From Cenococcum geophilum (lineage: Eukaryota), in contig CP158635.1 of NCBI GenBank assembly GCA_050273025.1, positions 9,796,001-9,860,000 on the forward strand: DNA of 64,000 nt, given 5' to 3'. The translations under genes and the position numbers were made by a program. Positions 28,601 to 41,085 of this stretch are shown here, piece by piece. Under the pieces are notes generated by a model. It saw nothing but the letters and a program-made list of their open reading frames with translations. It searched no databases and was not told the DNA's origin. Each line of letters begins with the position of its first letter. Positions within the stretch are counted from its first letter, which is position 1.

Positions 28601-31600
28601 GCACTAGGGCCGCCCATAAGGCCTATAACCCGTAACTTTTACTGTAATATAGGTAGTATAGTATTAAGGAGTGTCCTCTTACTGCTATCTTTAAAGCCTT
28701 TAGTATAATCCAGGCGCTAGAATAGTATATTGGCAGGATTTACTTTACCTAGCTTATATTTAATCTTAAAATTAAACTTAGCTAGTTTCTTAGCGTACTG
28801 GGTCTAACAAGTAGATAAGCTCTTAGTAGTTATAAAGTACCTAAGATTATTATAATTGCAGAGCACGCGCATTATATACGCGGCGTATTTAAGGTAATAG
28901 CGCTACGTCTTAAAGCATTACACTATAGCGAGTAGTTCTTTATTATACGTATTATACTATACTTCTAGGCTAGTAAGCTTCTAACTATAATAAGCGATTA
29001 GGTACTAGTAGAGTTAATCCTCCTACCCCAAAGGCTGTAGAAGTATACCGCTATAGGTATAATTAAAAGCATTAGTAATCACTATTAGGGGTAGATTAAG
29101 GTTAAAGTGGCGAAGTAGAGGAGCCTGCGTAAACGTAGCGTGTAGCTTGCGGAATACCTACTACGCGTCGTTAGGCTAGGACCAAGTTTAGTACCATTTA
29201 GTAGGCCCTTTTAACTTACGCTACTTCTTCTTCTCCCTATCTAATATTGGGTCGCGATATACCTATACAAGATATGCGTATAGGGGGTATACGGTATCTA
29301 AGTAGTTCTAAATAAATCGCTTATAGAAGTTAGTAAAGCTAAGGAAGACCTAGATGTCCCTATAGGACTTAGGCTTAGGCCATTCCTTAATAGCTTTTAC
29401 GCGGTTAGGGTCCATTATAATACCCCTAGGGGTAATAATAAAACCTAGGAACTTAACGTTCTTAGTATAAAAGATATATTTTAATAGTTTAGCGTATAGG
29501 CCCTAAGCGCGGAGCTGTTGTAGTACCTGCTTAATATACTTAACGTACTTATCCTCGTTATTTAAGTAGATAAAAATATTATTTAGGTAAACTATATAGA
29601 TAGTATCTACTAGGGTTCCTAGAGCTTTATAAATATAGCTCTAGAACGTCGTAGGGGCGTTAGCAAAACTAAAGGGTATTACTAGGTACTTAAAGTGACT
29701 ATAGCATATCTTAAATACGGTCTTCTATTCGTCTCCCTTTTTGATATAAATTCTATAGTACGCATTACGAAGATCTAGCTTTATAAATATCTTCGCATGG
29801 CTAAGCCTATTAAAGAGTTCGCCGACCAGTAGTAGGGGGTACCGATTTTTAATCGTAATCTTATTTAGGCGTCTGTAGTTAACGCATAACTATATTATAC
29901 TATCTGCTTTCGGTACAAAGAGGATAGGCGCTCTAGTAGGCGACTTGCTAGGCCTAATCTAGCCCTTTTTAAGAGCACTATCTAAGTACTTTTATAAGAT
30001 CTGCAACTCTTTCTGTAAAAGGTTATAGAGGGGCATTTATGGTAGCGTCTTGCCTTCTTCTAAGTTAATCGCATAGTCGTACTCAGAGTTCTATAGTAGC
30101 ATACTTACTAGCTTATTAAAGAAGACATCAATTTCCTCCTTATATACATTTGGTAGGCTAGGGGCCACAGAGGTTAAAGCAACTATTACATAGTAGTGTG
30201 CTTCCAGAAGCCAGTGAAGAGAAGGGTGCAGCCGACATGCGTTTTGTAGGTATGCTTGTACTAAGAGTATATACAGCTCTACTACAGTATACTTAATAGT
30301 TTTGGGGTTTTGATTACCTCCCCCTTATATATAGGTGGTCTGCGCCAGCACTAAAGGGTCTCTATAGGTACTCGCTACTAGTAACGGCAGGTCCTCTACT
30401 ATATTTATAACCGGTATCTCTACGTCCGGAGAGTCTATACAGGTACTCGCTACTAGTAATAATAGGTCCTCTATTATATTTACAACCAGCATAAAGAAGG
30501 AGTCTTCTAGCTATAGTGAATAGACTATTTCACTAGCCTTAATATCTACTAGGAAAGCGTTAAGGGTAACTATTTAGAGGCGTCTAGGGTCTAAAATACC
30601 CTAGATGAACTGTCTAAAATAGAAGCTAATTAATAGATCTACTTTCGCGAGCCAATCCTATCTAAGAACTATATTATAACTATTAAATAAGCCGCCCTAA
30701 AAGGCCTGCGGGTTAATAGTGTAAGGGGTACCCTAGGAGTTGCTAGTGGTAACCGTTAGATTATAAGCATCCTAGATTATTATCTAGTTGCTATTAAAAA
30801 AACGTGCAATAGGTTTATATAAACGTAGTATATAGCGTATAGGCAGGTTAAACCTATAGACGATATCTTAATTAATAAGGTTAATTTGGCACCTATTATT
30901 ATATAAGGCATATAGGCGGACTTTACCTTAGGGCGTATCTATCGCAATATATACCACAATACGTTTCTTTTCTCCCTCTATATTAGGCCCTAGTTATAGT
31001 TAAGAGAGATACACTACTAGGGCTTTAGGTTTTCTAAAGCCTAAGCTAACTTCTCTTTATTAGCCTGCTTCTAGTATTCCTTATAGTAGCCGCCTACGGT
31101 CCTTTAACTTACCTACGTAGCACTAGTATCTAAGAGGTCCCTAAAGATATCTAGCTTTTAGATAGTCTCCTTAGAAGTTTACTTAGAAAAGCGTCGCCCT
31201 TTTTAGGTTCTATTCCCTAAGCCTAACTCTATAAAGCCTATACTGCAACCGCGCTTTATACGCAATAATTTGCCACTACTACTTACGCAATCTTCCGCGA
31301 GCTTTATGGTATTAAGCAATTACTCTACACAGCGGATTTCGTTAAAGAGGTCTTTAGCGGTTCTTACCTATTAGGCGAAGTTCTAGCGGAAGAGCTCTGC
31401 TTATAGGTAGGCTAGAAGATATAAGAACTAAAAGTCTACCTATTGTTTAGGATTAACAAAAGGGGTATATAAGAAGAGGTCCTCTAAGCTATATATACGG
31501 GCTAGAAAGACGTTAAACCTCTAGTTCTCCTTTATAACAGCCGTATAGTACGTTATAGTGTTATTAAAGCGTCTCACTATAGGGTTCCTAATCTGGTCTT

Positions 31601-32493
31601 AAACCATAGTCTTAAATTTATCCCATAGTAAAGGACCCTTATCATTAGTGCCTAACCAGCAATAAACCAGTTAGGTGATTATCTTCTCTTTTACAAGACC
31701 TTTAATGGCCTAGCGCGTACGTTACTCGCAGTTGTAGTCAGCGTCATTAACCTCAAATTAGTTCTTAACTACGGCAATCCACCGGTTAAAATGCTGTTAA
31801 GTAATACTGCCAATATTAGGTAGTAACTTCTTAACTAGGGCGTTAAGATTTAATTAGTATATGCATTCGCTACGTAACTTATACTCTTTACTAAAGAGGT
31901 AATAGGAGGGCTTTATTAAATTAATAATGCTCCGTAAGTTAGCTATTTTCTTAACTAGCTTATCTAGCTCCTTTATATTAGCGGTATTAGGTAGGACGCT
32001 AGTAACCTTACTAAGCTCCTATTAAGCCTAGGTATATAAGTCAAACTAGTCTTTAGCGTTTATAGATATCTGATTATTTTAAGATTTAGAAAATGGCTTA
32101 GATGCTACTAGTATACTTCTAGCAGTTTTGTTTACACTAAATCCTAAGGCGTTCTACAGTTGCATCGCCAGCGTATTACCATTAGGTGTAGGCGTCGGTT
32201 TTCTTTTTAGAGGCATTGTAGAAAAATTGAACCGGCTATCCTCCTAAGGGGATTGGTAAGGATTTAAATATAAGGTAAAGATATAGATAGGGAGTCCAAT
32301 AATAGAATAATAGGTGTATTATATAGACAGAGATAAATCCTTAAGGGAAAAGGAGGAGTCTATATGCGAGGTAGGAAGGGTTTTCCCTAGGCACGTACTC
32401 TGCACATACCTCACGGGCAAGTCACCCCTGGGTTGCCCCAGGGTCGCCCATACCTTACGGCTATATAACTATCTACTTAGGTTTCACCTAACA
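25679..32493 (-). mobile_element. Second Gypsy chromovirus family (D), full length, RIP-inactivated, nested in the chromodomain of family A copy 2
   Basis: 225-bp LTRs at 25679-25903 and 32269-32493; TSD GAGCC/GAGCT; PPT (rc AAAGGGGGGGACAT) at 25904; RT YLNN near 29585; chromodomain EVEAIIAY..YLIK*LGW about 26900-26995; order PR-RT-RH-IN-CHD. Confidence 0.92.
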
Positions 32494-33300
32494 GAGCTAC
32501 TAAAAAATTTAAAAAAACGCTATAAAAAAGGTACAGGAGTATTAGAAGGGAAAAAATTAGGTAATATTAATAAAGAAGGATTACTAAAGAATAAACCACC
32601 TAAGAGGGACCTAGAAGGAGCACCTACCGAGGTATTTAGAAATATTTTCTCCCCTATTAGAAGAGAATCCGTTCTTTTATTACTAAGTTTCTATAAACCT
32701 TATTCTATAAGTTTCCACTCCTTAAAATATACCTTTTTATAAACTTTTTTAAGATGGATTAACTAAGCAGATATAGCAAGCTAAAAATTAAAAGCGCGTT
32801 GCTAAGTATTAGTAGCCTCCTTTTTAGCGTTACGGGAATAATAAAGTTTAGTAAGAGTAACTAAAAGCTTATTGTTAAGCTTTATAGTAGTAAATTAAAC
32901 CTAAAACCCTATAATAAATTACTTAGGGAACTTAAAGACTATTAAGAGTAATAGGACGCGTATATTTAGCGTTAGAAATAAAGCGAATATTATAGAATAA
33001 TTAAATATTTGCTTTAGTACACTCTAAATATAAAGAGGGTTGCTAAGATAAAGGACTTGCTAGTGTAATATAAACTAACCCCTTTTTTGCATAATAAGAA
33101 TATGGAGATAGTATTATCTTACCTAAAGATAATATTGTAGTAATAGCATAAGACTAACGAGCTATAGAAGAAGAAGATGGAGCCTTAGGTATAATAAGTA
33201 AGGATATTAACTAAATTAATTAGATAGATATTATACCTCTAGTAAATAACCTAGAGATACTAGGTATCTTTAAGAACAAAGATAGAGAGGAGGGAGATAG

Positions 33301-33721
33301 TATTACAAACGCTTTAAGTATAATATTATAACTACTTAGAGAAGAGTTAGAAGAAGCTAGTTAGTTAATATAAGTACGGTCTAAAATAGATCTGGTAGAA
33401 CTATATAATAAGGAATAGTAACTAAGGTTATATAATATAATCTATATAATATATGTAATCTATAAGGTCCGCGATAGAGCAGATAAAGTAGATAAAGTAG
33501 ACGGAGTAAGGACTTTTATAGGAGTACGGTTGTGTATTTAAGGACCCTTAGTCCCTACCTAGATAGTTTCTCTCTTTATAGTAATTCTTAGAATATAATT
33601 AGAGTTAATCTATTAGGCAACCACTCTACTAGTTATTATTACGTTATTAACTTCCTACTTTACCTATATACCTAGCCTATTAATAAGTCCACCGTAGTTC
33701 CTGCTATAAGGCTTCGTTATA
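33301..33721 (+). repeat. 3' LTR of family A copy 2
   Basis: Direct repeat of 5823-6243; preceded by the PPT and followed by TSD GCCTC. Confidence 0.9.
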
Positions 33722-34960
33722 GCCTCTACCTTTACTAAAAGGCTTTTTTATACTAAGCTAAGAGGCTAGTATACGGGAGGTAATTAAGACAATAGATAAA
33801 GAGGCCAAAGCCTTAATAGTAATAAGATCTAAACCTACCGCAAATCTATAGCGTATAGCTAAGAGAGCTCTGCAATCTATCTAGCGGCAAGAGCAATTAT
33901 ATTTAGATAACTAGATTAAAGATTTAGATAATCCTTACTATACCCCTAAAGGCTACTTTATAAATAATCTTACTATTTAAATTAAAGCTCTATAATTATA
34001 GCTCTATTGCGAAGCTAGTAGAGCTAGCGTTCTACTAGTAGATCTTTAAGAGTATTATAATATAGTTATACCTGCTTTTAGGCGTAAGTTAATTTAGGTA
34101 ATTAAGAACTCTAATAACCCTATTTATACTATTCCACCGTAGCTAGAGCTTAAGCGGTAGGTGTTAAAGAAGCTTAAAGAGCGCTAAAAGGAACTATAGC
34201 TGTAAAGGCGTTTAGCAGAGTTAGGCTCTATTTACAATATATTAGATATTTATAAGAGAGTTTAATAGCAATTAGCTTACTCTCGCGACTAGATAAAGAA
34301 GAAGTATAGTATATAGCACTCTATTACTATATTTAGTGTAGGCAACTTAGTCCTTTTTCCAATTCCTAAAAAGCTTTAAAAGGCCACTAAGATCTCTTAT
34401 ATACCTAGCTATATCTACAAGATTTAAAATCGAGGCTACTATAAGATTTGTACTTAATATAGAATTGTAAAAGAGCCCTTCCTTAGCAGCGAGCTTATTA
34501 AACTAGAAGAGACTTATAACGCTTAAATTTCTATAAGTGTTAGTAAGATTATACTACTTTTAAAAGTAGTAAAAGCTTACCTAACTACTATACGGCCTAC
34601 TAGCTGTGCGTATAAATAAGGATATAGTAATTACTAATATAGTTATTAAAAAGGAAATATAGAGTGTTCTATATACTGCTATAGAGGGAAGCCCTATATA
34701 AATTAACTAATAGAGGGTTCTGTAGAGCCTCCTATAAAAGGCTATAGAAGGCTTACTAATACTTAGCTTAGCCCTTAATTAAAGCGAGCCTAATAGGAGA
34801 CCTTATTATAAAGCCCTATACTACCTTAATTAATAATAGCAAATTAAGAAGGTAATTAATTAAGCCCACTATAAAGGCTGCGTAAGGCGAAGGAAAAGAA
34901 GATTATAAAGTAAGCAAGGTTGGCGTAATTAGGAGAAATCTAAATTACAATTACGCTAAA
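33722..34960 (+). mobile_element. 3' continuation of the Ginger-like element (right boundary uncertain)
   Basis: Rejoins 5822 across the TSD; FSVGNLVLFPIP..YKICT*YRIV near 34332-34470; Cys-rich tail CAYK*GYSNY*YSY*KGNIECSIYC at 34605-34680 (de-RIPed CACKQGCSNHRCSCRKGNIECSIHC). Confidence 0.65.
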
Positions 34961-35483
34961 CCTAAATAGGTAATTAGTTTATAGCTAGTAGAACCTTAGG
35001 GGGCCCTTTTTTAATAGATCTTAGTAATATTAGAGCTTTATAAGATTTTTAATTTTTGGTGTTAGAGAACGTAATTAATTACCTTCTACTTAATTAGCTT
35101 CTACTACTTATAGGCTATATCTATAACGCGGAAAAGCCTTTAAATATACTTACTAATCGCAGCGTAATCTGGTTTAGATGGAATTTAATAATATTATGGT
35201 GGTTAGGGGGGTGGTAAAATTTAATCTCTAGAGCCTTGTAAAATCTTGTTAGAAAATTAAGATCTTATATTTTTATTCTAAATATGCCCCACTAGATGAT
35301 TAATTGTAATATTAAGGATATATTACTACTTATTTTACACCTAAAATTAATTAAATTATATATTCACCATTATTTGCAACCATCTACTACACCATATTTT
35401 CTAAATCTGCTCGTAGAAACGGCTAAAAAGCTCTACTAAAAGGCGTTATATAGCTTTAAAAGTTCAATATAATATTAAATCTT

Positions 35484-35620
35484 TTCCGGAATGAAGCAAT
35501 TGTTCTGGAATCAAGACAATAAAACCGATACACGATTTGTTCCTCTTTGAAGACGATCTGTTCCGGTATGAAGCAGAAATAATCCGGAACGAGCCGTGTG
35601 CCGGTATGAGGCAGAACACA
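35484..35620. repeat. Cluster of five CCGG(A/T)ATGAAGCA-like repeats, probable transposon terminus
   Basis: Units at about 35484, 35503, 35560, 35582 and 35600; block ends in ...GAACACA. Confidence 0.45.
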
Positions 35621-35659
35621 TATCTATGAGCCCGAAGCCAAAATTAAGCGATCAGCTCC

Positions 35660-36312
35660 ACCAAAAAACGATTTGATCGTCGTCTACTTGGTGTTTTGGA
35701 GTCGTTGCCATTGGATTCAACGCTCGTGCCTTAATAGAGTTATAATAACCTCTCTCTCACCATCCTTCTGTTGCTCCTCATATAGACGAAACTTTTGCAA
35801 GGCCTCTATTACCTTATTAAGTTTAATTCGAGGTTGTTGGGATTCCTCCTCATCTGTTTCTGCATCGCGATCTAGCCCGGCGTAGAGCTCCGCTACATGC
35901 TTAATAAGATCTTTAGTAGAGTCCACCACATCTTCGCCCGGAAGGTAAATGAAATTTGAATATTTATAAGCTCACGGATCCTTCTGGCAGCACGTAGTTA
36001 TTCAGCCATATATTTTAAGATCTAGGCATAATAAATAAGATAGAATTAAGTATGGAGAGTAAGATCTAAGTATCATTCTAGTAGATTTTAATCGTTGTGT
36101 AATGAAGATTAATGGCTGAACTTACGGTGAGGAAAGGCCAAATCTGACGAATTAAAAACTCCTTATACCGATTCTGGTGGGGCCACCTCTACGATATCGT
36201 CAAATGTCAGAATATCGTAATATTACACCAAAAAAGGCTTGATCAAGGGGTGTAGATCGTAATATAGAGTAGATCGTTATAACACCGTTATCGTTATAAG
36301 GGGTTTTTACTG
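35660..36312 (-). mobile_element. Internally deleted pogo/Tigger-like (Tc1/mariner superfamily) DNA transposon remnant
   Basis: Terminus TA|CAGTAAAAACCCCTTATAACG on the minus strand at 36312; ORF 35717-35929 plus the downstream ...TK*TTIKSFF resembles a Tigger/CENP-B transposase C-terminus; DDE core absent; second TIR not found. Confidence 0.65.
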
Positions 36313-36909
36313 TAGGACGAATTGGTAGAGTGTGGCGCGCACTTGCTGCTAAGCCGTGGCTCGATTAACTTCGTAGCCACGACTCGAAGGACGGGGTGGA
36401 AGCAGTGGGGCTATGCCAGAAGCAGCAGGGAGCTCGAACTAGAAGATTTATTTATTAATGGCATTTCCATTTCAGAAGCCAAAAAAATCGGCCGCAGTCA
36501 ACTGCTGAGAGGAGTCAATCACGAATGGTGGCCACCGGAATACGAGAAGGCGGAAGTGACAGTCGCAGCTCACTATAGCTTCAGGATTTCTATTCATAAA
36601 TCATCTGCATTGATTCACCATTAGCTAAGCTAAGAGCGGTTATGTGCAATTTATGTTATATTGCTTTTCCTCCACTGTATCTTTTCGTATTCATGTTCGT
36701 GCTTCAGTTATGTGGAGAGCGTTATTTGAATAATAGAAGGCGCTGTGGCTGCGGTTGCTTGCTTTTCAACAAATCATACCAAAGTCTTTCACTTACATTT
36801 AATATTACCTCTGTAGCTGGTGGAAGCGCAGTAGATTGTTTGCTCACCAGGGCGCACAAATCAAATTAGGATACCTCGACCAGCGCCGCGTGTAGAGTAG
36901 GCTGAAAAT

Positions 36910-38589
36910 CTATGAATCCAAGACCCTTAGCATCTCATCTACACTTGTGAACTTCTCTCTTTCTTTACCCATAGCCTTTCCCCTCTCTTTCTCTGCCTCG
37001 TCGATTCTCTTCCAGTCTTCCCACGAGACAGGTCTCAATCCCTTCTTCTCTGCCTCATTTTTAATTCCATCCCAACCAAGCCCCGTGTTTGAATCATTGT
37101 TAGAATTGAGGAACGGCACCTGTTGCTCCCAATCCCTTACAATGACATCAGCGGAAGTGAAAGCATCATCCATCGTACTTGCTATTACACCCGTAGGTCC
37201 TCGTTTGACCCATCCAGCACAGTACATTCCGGGTAAGTGGCCTGCAGTGACAGCTCCGGGGCCACTCTGGGGATTTATAATACGGCCATATGGGTCGTTA
37301 GGGATAATTCCCATGCGATCATCGAAAGGAACATTTAACTCAGCAAGACCAGGAAGAGCGGAGGACTTATACCCCACTGAGGGAAAAGCCAGGGATGCTG
37401 GAATATTTTTGATGTGACCAGTTGAAGTGACTTTGACATTACGGTTGAAGGGATCGGAGTCGGGCAGGAAAGAATTTTTTTTGAGATCTATGCTTGAGAG
37501 TTGGGCGGGAGTTTCAGAGAATGATTTGAATGCCGTAGGAGAAAGTAGGAAAGATAAAGCCCATTTTTTCGTAGCCGAAGATGCAGGGGATGCCGATCCC
37601 TTGGTGAGGACCTGAGTAATGCGTTTTTGCGCCCGCGGTAATTTCGCAATCTCAGCTGGAAAGAGGGACGAATCAATCGGTTCAAATGATACATATGGAA
37701 GGTTCATGAGCTCGCGCACTTCTTTGATAGTAAAGGCAGCCTCATGGTTCTATTAGTGAGGTGAAGGTTTAGTCAAATGCAATACGACCTACCTGCATGG
37801 GACCTCTTCTTCCAATAACCCTAACAGATCCCACTCTACTACGGGCTAAGGTTTCTAATGCTTGCTCCGTAATATCTGTCTTCCGCAGTGCGTCTACGTC
37901 GGTCAGTAATATCCGCGCTACGTCCAAAGCGACATTCCCCTGTCCAATGACGAGAGCTTCTTCTCCGGTGTCGAGTTTTGGATTTAGATTCGCATACTCC
38001 GGAAGACCATTATACCAACCAATAAAAGCACGCGCAGAGTATACACCATTTAGATCCTCTCCGGGTATCCCAAGCTTCTTGTCTTTTGACGCCCCATAGG
38101 CAAAGAGGATTGCATCATAGTGCGATTTCAAGGAAGCGAGAGGGATGTCGTGCCCAATGCTGACGTTGCCGATTAAATTAAAGCGTGGTGAGGAGGCTAC
38201 TTCTTCGAATTTTTCTTGACAGTTCTACAATGGCTAGATTAACAGTCATATTGTAAGTGGTATTGAGAAGGCCATACCTTGACTTCCGGATGGTCTGGCG
38301 CCACTCCAAATCGCACCAAACCATAAGGCACAGGAAGACGCTCATACATGTCGACTACAGCATCTTGTATCTTATGCATTATACGGTACGTTGTATAAAA
38401 CCCAGCAGGTCCCGAGCCGATAACCGCAAGACGGAACGGCCTGCTCCTTGGTGTCGCATTGGTGAAATTGCGCTGAGGGCCTCGAGCTCTATTGAAGTTG
38501 TTCTTAAGTGGTTGTTTCCCTGATAAGCCATTTGCAAGTTTCCTTGTGCAGCTTGAACAAATGTATAGTGTGCTGCGAAAGACTTGCAT
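36910..38589 (-). CDS. ARH1: Mitochondrial NADPH:adrenodoxin (ferredoxin) oxidoreductase, about 524 aa; exons 38589-38278, 38224-37793, 37740-36910
   Basis: Motifs AVIGSGPAGFY, PYGLVRFGVAPDHPEVK-NC, VIGQGNVALDVAR, GRRGPMQ-AAFTIKE, GWVKRGPTGVIA and REKF; basic N-terminal presequence; GT-AG introns of 53 and 52 nt join the three ORFs in frame. Confidence 0.95.
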
Positions 38590-39046
38590 GATCAACGGGA
38601 AACTGGAAGTTTGGAGGTGCTTGAAATCTTCAACTTATTCGCGTACCACAAAGTCATCGTCATTGGCGCTCAACACAAAACTCGAACAACGCCACTATTG
38701 ATGGGCAGATTCCGAGCTTGCAAATAGTAAAATCGAGCTGCATATCTCCTTACCACACGATTTCTTTTCTTTTAGCCGATCACATCTACATATTGGGCGC
38801 TGCATGACGCCAAAAACGCCATGTATAGAATATGCACAGACCTCTGCGTTGCTATGGGCGACGCCCATTTGTATACCTCGACCTCTGCCCCCACCCATGA
38901 TCCAATCTTCAGGCATTCCTCTGTTAACCGAAGTAATTACCCTCGTTAATTCTGGTATATGCTCTGCATTCCTCAACTCTCCTTCTAAGTGCGAGCTGCT
39001 AAGCATTGCATTCCTCCCTCGTTTATCAATTCCAGCAAAGTAGAAG
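38590..39046. promoter_or_regulatory. Probable bidirectional promoter/5' UTR region (457 bp)
   Basis: Lies between two divergent start codons; pyrimidine-rich tracts; no individual site assigned. Confidence 0.5.
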
Positions 39047-41085
39047 ATGGGCGGTGGGCAGCCCTACCTGTACGATCCACCGAAAAGATACTCCGCGGTT
39101 GATCCTTACGATGGATTCAACCCGAAGGCTGTGACAATGGCGAGCCGGCAGCCTCCTCCACCTCCGAAACCAAAACCAGAGGGCCCTTTAATCAATATCA
39201 ATAGGCACCCAGACAGCTACTTAACCGTACCCTATGGAAACACCAATGCGAAGCCCATGAGCCCAAGGACGAAGGCAAACATTAAATGGGCAAGATGGAT
39301 ACAGCTGTTTTTCCGAGTACTGCAGTTGCTTGAGGCAATTGGCATGCTGATTTGTGTTATTTGCATTCGAGGAACTCAGGGTACTGAAGGGTGGATTATT
39401 AGGATACCAGTAATTAAGCCACTATACCCACTACTTTATGCCGGTTCTAATTGTTTTCATAGCCGGGAGTTGATATTCTTTCAGGCCTGTATGCGGTATA
39501 CCATCTTCTAAGAACTGCAAAAGCGCGTACGCCAGCCAGCTCCGCAAGCTATCATTTTTTCGCACTTATGATGGATTCCGGTCTTATCCCATTTTATGTT
39601 TTCACGGCATTGATGGCAAACCGTAATTATAACGAGAAACCCGGAACGGATGGTCGATGGCGTACCTTCTTTCCCACTGACGAAGATGCCAATAAAGTTC
39701 TCAACGCAACTTGGCTCATTGCCGTGACCGCCGGAGCTCTACATTGTGCCTCTCTCTTTCTGGATCTATACCTTGTCCTCATGTTCCGAAAGATTTCTCG
39801 GCTACCACCGGACATGAATCCGTTGGAGGACAATCTTACTTCACGCCGAAAGACCAAACATAAGCACAAAAACTCGTCAATCTCTGCCATTACCCCCTTG
39901 ACAGCGGATGAGAAGCGGATGAGCGCTCAGAGCGGCAGCACTGTGTCTCTCCCAAACCGTCAGTCTCAAGCGGATCCTCTCATGCCAAGCCCTGATGCTA
40001 GCAAAGTGTCGTTCTTCCACACCCGCACCAACTCAGACATCAGCTACTCTCCGCACAATCCTACAACCGCTCGACTCTCCCGCACTGATCTCCACCACCG
40101 GGAAGACCTACACCGCAGAAATGACAGCGATAGCGAAACTCTAAACCAGCGGAAATCTTTCCTGGAGGCTCAGTCAATTCGAAGATCACGGCCGAACTCC
40201 CAAGCCCCTTCACAGCGTAACTCTTCTTTTGTCTCTTCATTGGGCCCTGACAATGACAATGACAATGATGATATGAACAATAACCCACCTCAAAAAACCA
40301 GCCGCGAAAGCCTACAGTCTGACAATTGGTTCGTGCACTCTACTGCTGAAGACAACCCATACGTCACGCATCCGTCCCCTACAAAGAATCGATCCAAGGC
40401 CCGATCAAACACTACCTCCCGCGGCTACAATGCTCTCCCACTCTCCGGCAACGTGTCAGACGACGAGCAAATGATGCCGCAACCACTCCGCATGAACCCG
40501 CCCACACCCCCTCCAGCCTCCCGTCCAACCACCGCAACGACAACGACAACCACCAGCACCTACAACAACCCTGATCCAACCAATCATCCAAACCTCGCCC
40601 GCACCCAGACCGTCACCTCCATCAGCACAGACGCCACATTTACGCGCTCACCCAAGCGAGCCGGAACACCCAAAGGCCGCTACTACGGCGACCTCAGAGC
40701 CGCAACCCAGGGCATCCGCAACTCAGCCTCCAACACGACTCTCAACTCACCCACAAAGCCATACTACACGCAGAAACGGCCGACCAGCCCCTCGAAACTC
40801 TCGCCCAAGAAGCCGTTCTCTTCGATCCGCCGGACAGGCGAGACGGCGTACACGCCTATCGAGCGGCAATCACCACGTGTCGTCAGCCGGTCCGGTATTG
40901 ATATCGACGGCGACTATGAGTCCGACTATGCGGTTGATCTGGGAATGGGGGGAGGCCGTCGTAGGGATGTTAGCGGGAAGATTGCTGAGGAGGGACGGGG
41001 AGGCACTGGAGGGCGGTGGGGTGCGGTGGGCACGGGTGGTGGACTAACGTTTAGGAAGGTGAGCGGAGTTGCGTACAGTGCGTGA
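39047..41085 (+). CDS. Uncharacterised fungal membrane protein, about 661 aa, with roughly four N-terminal TM helices (MARVEL-like layout) and a long Ser/Pro/Arg-rich disordered tail; exons 39047-39409 and 39463-41085
   Basis: Intron 39410-39462 (GTAATT...TTCTAAT...CATAG) joins ORF 39047 in frame to ORF 39568-41085; four hydrophobic segments; no RIP signature. Confidence 0.85.

Larger units (their letters stand above)
5823..33721 (+). mobile_element. Gypsy chromovirus family A copy 2, full length, carrying four nested insertions
   Basis: 421-bp LTRs at 5823-6243 and 33301-33721; TSD GCCTC (5818-5822, 33722-33726); PPT AGAGGAGGGAGATAG before 33301; gag zinc knuckle near 7290; RT YLDD RIPed to YLNN near 22452; integrase about 23.5-24.4 kb; chromodomain about 25590-25678. 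Confidence 0.93.

Noticed and set aside
32314..32742. 142-aa ORF
   Set aside because: Chimeric reading across the family D LTR and the host pol tail; not a gene.
1..35400. AT-rich, stop-rich DNA suggesting an organelle genome or alternative genetic code
   Set aside because: Stops fall at Gln/Trp/Arg positions and Asp/Cys become Asn/Tyr, the pattern expected from RIP of nuclear TEs.
36947..40288. Antisense ORFs overlapping ARH1 and the membrane-protein gene
   Set aside because: Shadow frames of real coding sequence with no motifs.
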